Shown: positions 10,990 through 23,364 of the stretch, piece after piece | How the letters are laid out: every line of letters starts with the position of its first letter | Numbering within the stretch: position 1 is the stretch's first letter | NCBI GenBank assembly: GCA_013239625.1 | Contig: MU055886.1 | Coordinates: 1,178,001-1,242,000, forward strand | Length of the DNA stretch: 64,000 bases | Reading direction: 5' to 3' | DNA from: Lama guanicoe | Lineage: Eukaryota | Program-made: the position numbers and the translations under genes | The notes under the pieces: generated by a model | The model's input: only the letters and a program-made list of their open reading frames with translations | Databases searched by the model: none | Told to the model about the DNA's origin: nothing

Positions 10990-13265
10990 TTTCTGGTTAA
11001 ACATAGTGAATGGAAATAATGTGAATCGAAATAATAATTGCCTCTCTTTCCTAAATAAACCTTATAAATTACAGTAAAGAAATAAAAAGGGGATAAACCC
11101 ATTGCATAAAGAGAAGAGAGAAGACAGTGGATGAGAGATGTTGACAGTGTTTGAAAGATACAAACTGTTTTGAGGAGAGAGAACTGAGCAGAGCAAAGGA
11201 AACAGAAACCTATGTGCTTGCAGAAGGAGACTCTGACAAAAATGAGCTGATGTGCCCTATGATGGCTCAGGAATTAGAGGCAGTTGGTTCAGGAGAAAGC
11301 AGGGATGAGGCATAGGGCTGAAAACATGGAAACAGGTCTCTATAAAGCAGCAATTATATTCACAGGCCCCATCCCACTACACCTGCCCACCTAGACAACC
11401 ATCCCGTCCCCATCCTCCTGGAGACAAGAGGCTTATTCTCTACAGAATCAAACAAGAGAGGCTGGAGACTTAGGGAGACTGGGTACAAAAGGATATAGGA
11501 ATGAAAACAGAAGGATTAAGAAAAACTCATTTTACTAAAGGTCAAGACCTCCTTTGCCCAGTTCCCAGAATACTGGCAGTTAGGAATTTGTGTGCAAAGT
11601 AAGAGTCTAGAGAATCCTTTTCTGGGGATTTAAATAGCACCTGAGAAAAGACCTTCAGATATTGAAACTTCTGGCAACTTACTTCCAGGTTATCCTGCTC
11701 TGAAATCTACTAGTCAGTGAGCCCCATCCACTGTACAAAGCTTCCAGCCATTTGTTTTTAGTGCCTCACTCTTACACATGAATGGATATTTGAGGAAAAC
11801 CTGTATTATGAGAAATAGGTTAAAACAAACAGAACTCAGAAGGAACAGAGACAATGCAGGAAACAGAAGAAAAAAGTGTTACTCTATAATTCAGATTCTC
11901 AAAAAGATAATACATCCATGAAACAAGAAAAGAATTTTCTTTGAAAAAGAACAGAGAATAAGAATGAACACTCGGAAATTAAAAATAAGATAACTGGAAT
12001 AAAAATTCAATTAAAACGTTGAGAAATGTAGTCAATGAACTATTACAGAAAGAGTAACCAAAAGCCAAAGATAGGGATAACAGAAAAAAGTTAGAAATGT
12101 ATAGTTATCAACTCAGGATGTCCAATATTCATCCAGCATGAGGTCTATAAAGAGAGAGCAAAGGAAATGGAGGTAAGGAAATTGTTAAATAAGTCAATAA
12201 AGTTTCCCTGAAAAACCTAAGTTTCCAGATTAAGAACATCTGCTAATTATCCAGAATAATTAATGAAAGAAGACCCACACCAAGAAATAACATCTTAAAA
12301 TTTCAGAAACTAGAAACAGAATATCTTCAAAGCTTTGAGAGAAAAAAAAAAACAGATCACACACAAATAATTGAGAATAAAAATGGCATTAGAAGTCTCA
12401 GTATCAACAATGGAAGCCTGAAGACATTGAAGCCATGCTTTCAAATTTCTGAAGAAAAATAATTTTCAATCTAGAATTGTATATCAACCCAAACTACCAA
12501 TCAAATAGTAGACATTTTCAAATGTTTAGGTCTCAAAAAATTTACCTGTCATATACCCTTTCTCAGAATGCTACTAGAGTATGTACCCCAGCAAAATAAG
12601 GAAGTAAATAAATAAAGATGAGATCTAGGAAATTGGGGACAAAATAAAGACAAGAGACAAAGAGAACATCGAGGATGACCATGAAGGAGTATAATATGCT
12701 AATGCCCGTATATAAGAACTAGGGAACCTGTACAGACTGGTGCATGAAGACACAGATCTTAGGGGAAAAACAACAGTGGATAGATTTTCTAATGTGTTTG
12801 TGCAGAAAATTTCACTGAGAAGTTTGGAAAGTATTAGCAATAAGTACATGGAAAACTAAGCAAATCAAAAACAAGGAGAATGTTGTATAAGAAAGGAAGC
12901 AAAATTATAGTTCATTATTTGGCTCAACAATGAACAATATTTACATTGCAGTAATTGTAATGTAAACACTGAAAAATGATTTCTCAAAACAGTGATATAA
13001 CAATGTCAGGAGAACATGGTGAAGGAAAACTAGTGTAGTGGTACAAGAGCTAAATCCTCACCTACCAAAATAATTTGATAATGTACAAAACTAATTAATA
13101 AGTTAAGAAACAGTAACTCAAGCATATTTCTCAGAAATATGGAAGAATAAAACAGAGGAAACAGCTAGAAGAATTGAAAGTTGCTTCTAAGATAAGAAAT
13201 TAGAGGCTGAGAAGGAGTGGGGCCAGGACTGCTGATTCTATTATAAGCCCTTAGTACTATTTTTT
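10990..13265 (+). mobile_element. HAL1 / ancient L1 5'UTR + ORF1-like relic
   Basis: A-rich decayed ORF1 motifs (aagacccacaccaaga ... aaaatttcagaa ... tttcaaatttctgaagaaaaataattttcaatctagaatt ... aaaatttacc ... cctttctcagaatgctactagag) with no following ORF2. Confidence 0.6.
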
Positions 13266-14679
13266 AAAACTTTTTAACTACTTTCAATTATTTAATTTAA
13301 AGAATTGGATATATGCATATAGTAAAACACACAGAAAAATATATAAGTAAAATCACCTGTAATCCTACCTGTCAGAGTTATCAATTGTTAATTTTCATTC
13401 TTTTTCTATATTATGCTATATATTTTTATTAAAATGAGATATTATACATTTCCCACTTAATATTTCATGAATATTCCATATTAATATTTAAGCATTTATA
13501 GCATTTAAAATTGCTATGTAGTATCATTTTCTTTGGTCATATCATAATTTATTCAATAAATCTATCATTGGATATTTGTGCTGTTTCCAAGTTTTCACTA
13601 TTATAAAAGCTTTACAATGAACATCCTTATTCATGGTATATGGCTACTTCCCAGGTATTTTCTTGGGATAAATTCCTAGAAATAAAATTACTGGATTTAA
13701 GCATATGTTCATTTTTAAGAATTTGGATATGTATGATCAAATTGCTTCCAAGGTACCAATTTGCACTCATGCCAGGACAGACCTTTGTAAATACTGAACA
13801 TTATCACTTAAAAAATACTTGCTAACAGAATGGAAAATGGTGCCTAATTATGATTTAAATGTTTATATTTTGAAAAATACAGAAGACAAAAATAAGTAAA
13901 ATGCACATTTGCATAAATACTGTATATTATTTAAAAATATTTGCTAATGGGATGGAAAGTAGCATTATGAGGTTAAAATACATTTTTTGAAAAATATAGG
14001 AAATTAAGTAAATGTCATATATAATTCCATCACATTACAATTATATAAATTGAATATCTTTCTTGAAACATCCATTCCAGTCCCTCAGAAGTTAACAATT
14101 TAATGGGTATTCACGCTAACTTTGCCCTAAATCTACAGAGACCTATATTATTTATATTAAAATATATAGGCCAAAAAAATAGGCTTATGCTATACTCAAT
14201 GGTCCGCACCTTGTATTTTCAACTGGTGAATATACCCTGGACATCTTTACACATCAGAAATCATTACAGTTTTGATTTGAAGTTATTTGATTACTTGCAC
14301 ATCTGAACATTTTTCATGCACTATCACCATTTATATTTCTTTTTTTGGTACTTTCCTATTTCTGTTTTTTCCTTATCTTTCCACTAGAATGTCTACCTTC
14401 TTGTTATTTTAAAAGCTTTTATAATAAGAATTATTTAATGTCCCCTTGCCAAGGACACAAAACCACATCATATTTCTGTGGGACTTACTATGGAGTGTTA
14501 AGAATGTGGGTTCTAGTGTCTTGACAACACAGAAACTAATCACAAGGACAGGAGAATAAACATCCAGCAAAGCCCACAGGATACAGTTTCCAAATATCAA
14601 TTGCCTCAGTCAGGCCCTTAACAGGAGTGAGTAGTTGCCATTTCTAAGATATGGATATTAATTTGATTTGTCCTATGTC

Positions 14680-15140
14680 TGAGCATCACACTCTTAGCAC
14701 CTTTCTATAGGGATCTAGGATGGTAAAGCGACTTAAAATCAGGCCATATGAAGAATCATTAAAAAATCAAAGCATGTTTATTCAACAAAGACTTGGATGT
14801 GGCGTATGTGATTATGGTTTACAAACGGTCAAAAGGCCACCAGGTACAAGAGACATATGCCACATGATTTTGGGGCACAGAGCCAAGATTAATGGGGGAA
14901 TGCTACAGAGAGCGAGACACCAGCTCAGGCTAAAGCTAGGCCTCCCTAGTGGTTCCTAGGGATCCAAGGATGGAATGAATTTTCTCAAGAATTAGCAAGA
15001 TCCTGGTCACTGAAGGCAGTCAAGCAGAGGCTGAATGAATAACTAACACTGCATGGACATGGAAGGGACATTACAATAGAACAGAGGGACTGGATGACTT
15101 CTGCAGTTCCTTCCTTCCATGCAACCTGAGGTCTCTACTA
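14680..15140 (+). mobile_element. L3/CR1 LINE 3' relic
   Basis: CR1 3' motifs: ccatatgaagaa ... tggaatgaa ... gtcactgaaggcagtcaagcagaggctgaatga ... ggactggatgacttctgcagttccttcc. Confidence 0.65.
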
Positions 15141-17065
15141 GATCTAAGAAGCAGGCAAGATGATATTTACTGTGCTCTGTCTCAAAATTCAAAGACCCAC
15201 ATCCCCTGGAATAGCTGGAAATCCTGAAGTCACCACAGGACTGGAAGATACAAAATCTCTGACCACTATGTTGTTTCAGTCTCCAAATGACTGCAGAGTT
15301 GTCAGGGATCTCAAGCTCATCCATGATGACATTCCATTCCTTTCAAAGGTCATCAAACTGCTGTGGTTACTTGCGGGGAACTGTTACAAAACCTCTGCCA
15401 AATACAATTTAGCTAATTGATTTATATAAATATATATGGCTCTAATTAAAAGAATTAACTTGCATTATATATCTGGACTGTGAGTAGGCACATGTCTTCA
15501 GCCAGGGATTCCCCAAAGACCAAATAAATGACATCAACCAAGCCACTGAAAGTGTTCCCTGACTCAGCAAAGCCTGAGCAGGAAAGTTTAAAGTCAAGAA
15601 AATGGCCTGCTAATGTTTTTAATATTAGCCTCTGGACTTCTGGGTCAATGGAAGAAAATAAGAGCCCAGGAAATTCCCAAACATTTGAATCTTCTCTACA
15701 GTCCCATTGCCAAGAAGTCATCTTGCCTCTAATTGTTCTGTCATTCACTGTTGGACCTATCTTATTGCTAGAAAATTTCTTTACATAAAGCTGAATTCTA
15801 CCTCTCCAGAGCTTCGGTCCTCCACAGTAGTGCTGCCCTCAGAGCACCGTCCCCTGCCCCACACTATCACACCATTCAGAATAAATCAGCCCTCCTTCTA
15901 TATATCAGCTTTTCTGGACCTGAATATAGCAATCTTACCTCCTCTGCCCCAGACCAAACATCCTCATTTCCTTCAACAGCTCTTCATATGACAAGTTCAC
16001 TTTAGATCACCCTCCTATGGGCACACACCAATTTAGCAAAATCCCTTAAAGGGCATGAATCTCGAAACAACACATTTCTGGTTGTCTGGAACAAGGTACC
16101 ATGAAAGGACAAATTCTCTCAAAATATTTTGCAAGTGGAAAAGAAGATCTAAATATATCAGGGTGATAACTATCTTACAAAGTAAATAGACAAGGATATA
16201 AACCCTTCAAAAGGAATACAAGAAGTGACAATAAATTTCAGGAACTTATTAACTGCTAATGAGAAATGAAAAATATAGAAGGAGGCAGCAATGGATAGAA
16301 GAGGAACTGAAGAGCTAAAAATCACTTATACTAAATTGAAATTTGAAAATAAAACTAGATAGAAATTCAAGTGAGACTGTCATACCAAGAATCAGATTGA
16401 GGAGATTCAACTTGCAGATAATAGGAGCTAGCGGAGAAAAGAGAAAAGGAGTGCACAAAATTGTAATCAAAGAAAGAGTTAATGGTACATTTCTTGAGCT
16501 GGAAAATATGTTTCAAATATATAGTGCACAAAAAGCAATTCTCAGATATATGCCTCAAGGAAGACTCCTTACACATCAGCTCAAGTTCTTAAATGTCAAA
16601 TATTAAAGAATCATCCTTAAAATCTCTTTTAAAAGAGGAAAAGAATACGATCATTTGAAAAAGAAAAGATTAGGCTCATACGTTTTGCAGCATATTATTT
16701 AGGTATAGACATAGACTCAGTTCATTATTTCTCTCTCTGAGGAAGGTAAAAGCTTTACAAGTGAAATTTTTTGGGACTCTGTTCTTGAAAGATATCACTG
16801 GGAGTCATTCTGTGATTTTTTTAAAACCTGCTAGTGAAGGTCTTCTGTTAGGTTTTGTGGGTTTTTTTCTTTCACTATTTCTTTTCTTATTATACTGTCA
16901 GCAACTTGAGCATAGAGAACCAGTCTTATCCCTTTTTATTCTCTTTCAGGACCTGTCACATAGGCTCAATAAATGTTTGTTGAATGACTGGATGAACAAA
17001 ATTAAAATAAAAGTAGGAATAACATGGAAAATCAGAATAACATTCCACTTAATAAAGACAGAGCT

Positions 17066-17201
17066 GGGAGGAGGGTATACCTCAATGGTAGAGTGCATGC
17101 CTACTCTGCATGATGTCCTGGGTTCAATCCCCAGTACCTCCAATAAGTAAGTAAGTAAATAAATAAATCTAATTACCTCCCCCACCAAAAAAAAAAAAAA
17201 A
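17066..17201 (+). mobile_element. tRNA-derived camelid SINE (vic-1 type), long form
   Basis: tRNA-Ala-like head with A/B boxes, (TAAA)n linker, ctaattacctccccc segment, poly(A). Confidence 0.85.
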
Positions 17202-19971
17202 GGCAAAGATAATGTGGGTTCTTAAAGATTCACAAAACCGATAAACCACTGGTACAAGTTATTATTAACAAAATGAGAAATGAGTAAAGACAAACATTGG
17301 GAAAAAAAACACTACAGAGTGCTATACATGTTATACACAAGCAATTTAGCTAAGCTAAGTAATACGGATGGATTTGGTGGATTTTGGAAGGTAAATTAGG
17401 GATATATCTTTCTAGAGTCTTCCTGATAAGTCCTTTAATTTTCCTGAGCGGGTAGACTCATCGGTAACAAGGTCAGCCTCACAGAATAGTGTCTCCCAAG
17501 ATCTCCGTATCAACCCTTTGGTATGTATGTACATTCTTACCTGTGAAGGGATTTTGTGGGCATAGTGGAAGAAATACTCTCCATGTAGGGTATTAAAAGG
17601 AGAAGACTCTAAGACCTATACTGGAGGATGAAAATAAGTTCTCACCAATAAAACACCCTGGTAGCCTCTGGGGACCCAAGATGTTGGTCTTTCCTGGATG
17701 TGCTGAAGATATCATTTATTTAAAAAGAAATCCAATTCACCAAACACACACTCACTGAAAAAACACTCAAGTAACTTGCAAGTAACCAAGAATGAGAGAT
17801 GAGTAAGATGCAGGAAAGGGTCAGCCTTCTTTCTGTTCTCTATCTGGTGGTAAGAGATGCTTGGCAAGCTGGTTAGTGTATTTGGTTCATTTATCCTATG
17901 GTATCCATGAATTACTTTTCTCTTCAGCTACCCTAAGGCTGATCAACTTCATGAAACTTAAATACTTTAACACCTTTATCCCCCAAAGCAAAGAACCAGA
18001 ACCAAATAAATAAATAAATAAAGTAAACCTCTACTTGCAGAAGAAATTTAGAAAGTGATTTTTTTAACAATGTGTTTTAAAAATCCACATAGAACTCGGT
18101 GTGTTATTGTGTTTATCAAAGAATTACTTCAAACACTCTCTCAAAAATTAATAGACAATATTCTTCAACAGAGAAAAATGATGAAAGGCTACCAAGTTCT
18201 GCTACCAAGTTCTTCTAATAATGCAAAGATAGCCCTGAATTTAAAATCTGCCCAAGCTTACACTAAAAAGGGACACAAACACCAATCTCACTCATGAAAT
18301 ACAAAATTTCTAAATAAAATCCTAGCCAGAAAATGTTAATAATTCTTGAAGCTAGGAGATGGGTATTTAAAGTTCATTTTACTATTCTCTATACTTTTGT
18401 ATACATTTAAGATTCTTCTTAACAAATTTGTTTTTTAATTTAAAAAAAATTACCTCCAGCAAAATCCAGCAATAACATATTGTAAGATAGCAGTACACTA
18501 TAATCAAGTTGGATTTATCCTAAGAAAGAAAAGTTCAATTTAAGGAAAACTATTAATATATTTTAGCTCATAAATAGAAAAAAATAATAAAGTAGATGAT
18601 CATAAGATGCTAGAAAATACTTTGTTCTATGTAATCTAATCTTCTTGTTTTGATTTTTTTAAAGCAGAAATACTAGGCAATTCAATATTATTTTAGAAAG
18701 AAAAATAAAAGCATTCCACTTAAAAAGAAGAAAATAAAATGACAATGTTCATTACATTAGAGTCATTGGCTAGTGTGATACAACATGAAAGAGAAATGAG
18801 AAATAAATACAGCAAAGGAACTTAAACCACCAGGTCCTACAGGTGGCATGACTGCATATGGGCCTCAATTTCAAAGTATCAGAGATAATAAATAATCTGA
18901 GCAAAATTATTCAGTTGTGAAGGCTTAGGAAACCTTACAAACAATCACAAGTATTGGATTGGACTATAGGTGTAAAAGGACTCTAAACTTGTTCTGAATG
19001 GCCCTGAAGTAACAATTTATCTAAGCTCAAGAAGACAAATTTGATTCAATGTAAACATCTTTTCTCTTTAATTTTTCTTAAGGAAATTTTGAAGCATACA
19101 CAAAAGTAGACAAAATAGAATCATGAACCTCTGTGCACCCGTGGAGTTAGCTTTAACATGTATCCATCTTGCCTATCTTAAATTTTCATTATCAGAGCTG
19201 TCAGAATGGCACTGGACCACCCAGGTGGAGAGAGAGCTTTTCATCACCAAGGTGTGCAAGAAATCAGAAGATACCAGCACGTCAGGGATCCTATAAGAGA
19301 CAGTCGAAATTGGATGAGGATTAGATCAACATGTGCCTTCCCAGCTTGAGAGCCTATGATTTAGGAGGTGGGATGAAACCAAATTGTGCACTGGTCTGAG
19401 CCAGATCATAAACAACTTGAAAGCAGGGCTTTTTCTCTTAGTCATCTTTGTATCTCCAGTTCCCAATATAAGTAGACATTCAATAAATTCAATAATTGTT
19501 TGTTAAATGAATTAATGACAAATGAATGAACACAAAATGCAGTGGTGGAACTGCTACGTACCAGTAATAAACTATATATTTCTTATAATACCTAATCTCC
19601 AGTATTCACAAGGTCCAAGGGTATAAACCAACTTATGACACAAGAAAAAACACAAACAAGAAACCACTAATGGATATTGAAAATAAAAGTGACATGACTA
19701 GGATTATACTATGTCATTTTGGCAGCCATAGCAAACATCCAGCCTTTTAAATAATGAGAGAAATAAATTAACCAAACTAGCAAACTACCAAACAGAAATG
19801 TTAAAACTCCCTGACCCTCCTTCTTTGGCTCCTGTGACACCTGCTCCTCATTTTCCTCCAACCTCTCAGACTACACCTACTCACGTGTTCCCCTTCCCTC
19901 TGTCATGTAATTCTAGGTTCTGGTTCTCTGCTCTCTTCTCATCTAAATAAATGGTACCTATTATTTCTAAA

Positions 19972-20163
19972 CCAGTGGTTCCCAAACTTTGTGACACATT
20001 AGAATCACCTGGGGGGCTTTTAACACTCCCAAGTCATACCCTAGACCAATTAAATCAAAATGTTTGAGGGTACAAGCCCAACATTGGTCGTTTTTAAAGA
20101 CCCTCCTTGGCCCCTGACCCAGTGATTCCAAGATACAACAAAGCTTCAGGCTCACTGCTCTAA
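19972..20163. mobile_element. MER5-family hAT-Charlie MITE
   Basis: cagtggttcccaaactt ... cattagaatcacctgggggg ... cctagaccaattaaatcaaaat ... gtgattcc ... cactgctcta. Confidence 0.75.
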
Positions 20164-21394
20164 ACACTCTCCACAGTTGATGTTATTTACTCCCCAAGTT
20201 TCAGCTGCTTTGAGAATCAACTGTCTTTTTAGCATCTCTACCAAAATGTCCCATAAAGCACTTGAGCCAGTTCTATCTGAAACAGAATTCACTATTTTTC
20301 TTTGCTCCACTCCTCAAATCCTTTCCTCCAAGGTAGGACATCTTGAAGGCGACTACTGTTTAACTTTGTGACTTCCCAAGTCAAAAGTCATTCTTGAGCT
20401 TCCCCACCTGTTTCATGCCCCACAGTGAGCCAGTCACCAAGTGCTATTGACTTGGCTCTCAATTAATCTCCTTAATCTCTCACCTCTTCTCCTTTCTTGG
20501 TGCTACAGCCACTGTTGAAACTTTGATCCTGTCTGAAATACTGTAATAATCTCCCAGCCAGTCTCCAAGTTTCTAGATTTACCCTCCATGAATCTATCCT
20601 CCATACAGCTGCCAAAATGATAGAACATAATTCTAATCATGTCACTTTTATTTTCACAGTCCTTCAGTGGATCCCTTCCATCTTCAGGATAACGTCTGAG
20701 CTCAAGAATTACAATAATATTAATAACACAACCACATGAACATACTACCATTTATTATGTGCCAGGCACTGTTATTTAATGCTTACTACAATCTTCACTT
20801 ATAAAAAAGAAACCAAGGCATGAAGAAGTTAAGTAATTTGGCCAAAAGCAAATAGCAAGGAAGTGGCAGAACTGGAATTCCAAATCAGATTAGCTTGTTC
20901 GTCTCTGGAGCTGGACCCAACCGCCCATCCCACTGCCTCCCTCCTGGCCTTGGAGCAGCAGTCAAAGCCTTCTGAGATGTGGCCCCTGCCTCCCTGTCTG
21001 TCTCACCTCCCTCACACTGTACACTTCATCAGAACTGAAATACCACTGTCCTCCAGGCAGACTTCTCACACTGTCATATCTTCTGAAGATGCTGTTTCCT
21101 CTGTTGAGTCCACATGCCCTGTCACCCACCAAATTCCTACTTGCACTTGAATGAGTGGGCACAGCAGTACACTGGATGAGTACAAACACTTCTCTCTCCG
21201 GCTTGTTTTCTTGTCTGTAAGAACAATCACAATGATCCCTGACCAGCTATGTTCCATGGTTGGTTAAAGGTTTACATTCCATTATGTTGTGACAATTCTT
21301 TGAATACTCTAAAGTTCTATGCAAATGTGCCCAAGAGAAACCTCTTTTTCTGAGGTAAAGCTCAGTTGTATGACCAAACCTATCTGAGATAAAA

Positions 21395-21574
21395 NNNNNN
21401 NNNNNNNNNNNNNNNNNNNNNNNNNNNNNNNNNNNNNNNNNNNNNNNNNNNNNNNNNNNNNNNNNNNNNNNNNNNNNNNNNNNNNNNNNNNNNNNNNNNN
21501 NNNNNNNNNNNNNNNNNNNNNNNNNNNNNNNNNNNNNNNNNNNNNNNNNNNNNNNNNNNNNNNNNNNNNNNNNN
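21395..21574. other. Assembly gap (180 N)
   Basis: Run of N. Confidence 0.99.
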
Positions 21575-21632
21575 TGGTTGCCAGCGGCTGTCGAAAAGGG
21601 AAAAGGAGGATATCCTAATGGATAAGGGGTGT

Positions 21633-21792
21633 NNNNNNNNNNNNNNNNNNNNNNNNNNNNNNNNNNNNNNNNNNNNNNNNNNNNNNNNNNNNNNNNNNNN
21701 NNNNNNNNNNNNNNNNNNNNNNNNNNNNNNNNNNNNNNNNNNNNNNNNNNNNNNNNNNNNNNNNNNNNNNNNNNNNNNNNNNNNNNNNNNNN
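21633..21792. other. Assembly gap (160 N)
   Basis: Run of N. Confidence 0.99.
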
Positions 21793-22458
21793 CCCAGCTT
21801 CACCCTTCTGTCCCCTTTCCCTTGGTGGTTAAGTGGTACCCCAACTCCCATAAGGAATCAATCTTTCCTCTTACCCTTCCCCCCTACTCTTTCTTAGTAA
21901 AACCGAGAACACTGGTTTCCTAAAAACATCAGAAGCATCTGGAGGGCTGGTTAAAACACAAATTCTTGGGGCCCCAGCGTTTCTGATTCAGTAAGTCTAG
22001 AGTAGGGCCCAAAAATCTGCATTTGTAACATCCCTCTAGATAAAACCCAGGGAATCTCAAAAAAGCACTGAACTAAAAGTCAAAAGACCTGGATTCTCTT
22101 CCTGACTTTCACTCTAATTAAGCCTGGAATTGCACAAGTCATCAAACCTCTGGTTATCTCTTTTATCTTAACATTGAACTTCTCTAAGAATCTGCCAGTT
22201 CTAAAACTGTATTATCTCATCAGTTCCCTCCTTAAATCCTCCAAGGGCTTCCCATCCCTAATATCCAACTTCTGCCCAGATGTCCAACTCAATCTCCTAC
22301 CACTGCTCTCCTGACAAATTTGGAGAAGGAAGGAAACTAACATATATTTAACCTTTAGCATGTCATTTACTCCTCATGACAGCCTGTGTGGTGAGAATCC
22401 ATAACTCCATTTTGAGGACAAGGAAGCTGTCTTGAAGAGGTTGAAGAACTTCCTTAAA

Positions 22459-22928
22459 TACTACTCAGCCATAAAAAAGAATAAAATAATGCCATTTGCA
22501 GCAACACGGATGCACCTGGAGATTGTTATACAAAGTGAAGTAAGCCAGAAAGAGAAAGAAAAATACCACATGATATCACTCATATGTGGAATCTTTTTAA
22601 AAAAATTGACAAAGATGAACTTATTTACAAAACAGAAATAGACTCACAGACAAAGAAAACAAACTTGTAGTTACCGTTGGGGAAAGGGGATGGGAAGGGA
22701 TTAATTGGGAGTTTGAGATTTGCAGATACTAACTACTATATATAGAATAAATAAACGAGTTTCTATTGTATAGCACAGGGAATTATATCCAATATCTTGT
22801 AGTTACCTATAATGAAAAAGGATATGAAAACGAATACATGTATGTACATGTATGACTGAAACATTATGCTGTACACCAGAAATTGATACAACATTGTAAA
22901 CTGACTATACTTCAATTAAAAAAAAAAA
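22459..22928 (+). mobile_element. Relatively young 5'-truncated L1 (ORF2 C-terminus + 3'UTR + polyA) inserted into a MIR
   Basis: Encodes YYSAIKKNKIMPFAATRMHLEIVIQSEVSQKEKEKYHMISLICGI (L1 ORF2p C-terminus); perfect 15-bp TSD aagaacttccttaaa at 22444-22458 and 22929-22943. Confidence 0.93.
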
Positions 22929-23220
22929 AAGAACTTCCTTAAAGTGGCTGAAGGGACCCAAGGCCTCATCTTCCTTCAATCATGTAGTTCTCTGTTCCAA
23001 CATTCTCCATCCCTCTAAACAGCCCTAGGTAGCCCCTCCTGTGCATTTGCTCATGATCTCCTCACTCCCTGAGCCTTACTCAAATCCTATCTAACCTGCA
23101 AAACCCAGCTCCAGCTCCACTACATCCAGGATGGATTCCCGGCTACCAGTCCCCCCAGTCGCTGAGTTGTGTTGTGTCTTACTCCTCTATCCAGCCCATG
23201 ACCTCCTTGTCTATGTTCTT

Positions 23221-23364
23221 TTTCAGGGGGGCAGGAGAGGGAGGTAATTAGGTTATTTATTTGTTTATTTTTATTATTTTATTTTTAGAGGAGGTACTGG
23301 GGATTGAACCCAGGACCTTCGGCATGCTAAGCATGTGCTCTGCCACTTGAGCTATACCCTCCCC
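23221..23364 (-). mobile_element. tRNA-derived camelid SINE (vic-1 type), long form
   Basis: Reverse complement of the 17066 element structure; 18-bp TSD ctccttgt(c/t)tatgttctt at 23203-23220 and 23366-23383. Confidence 0.9.
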
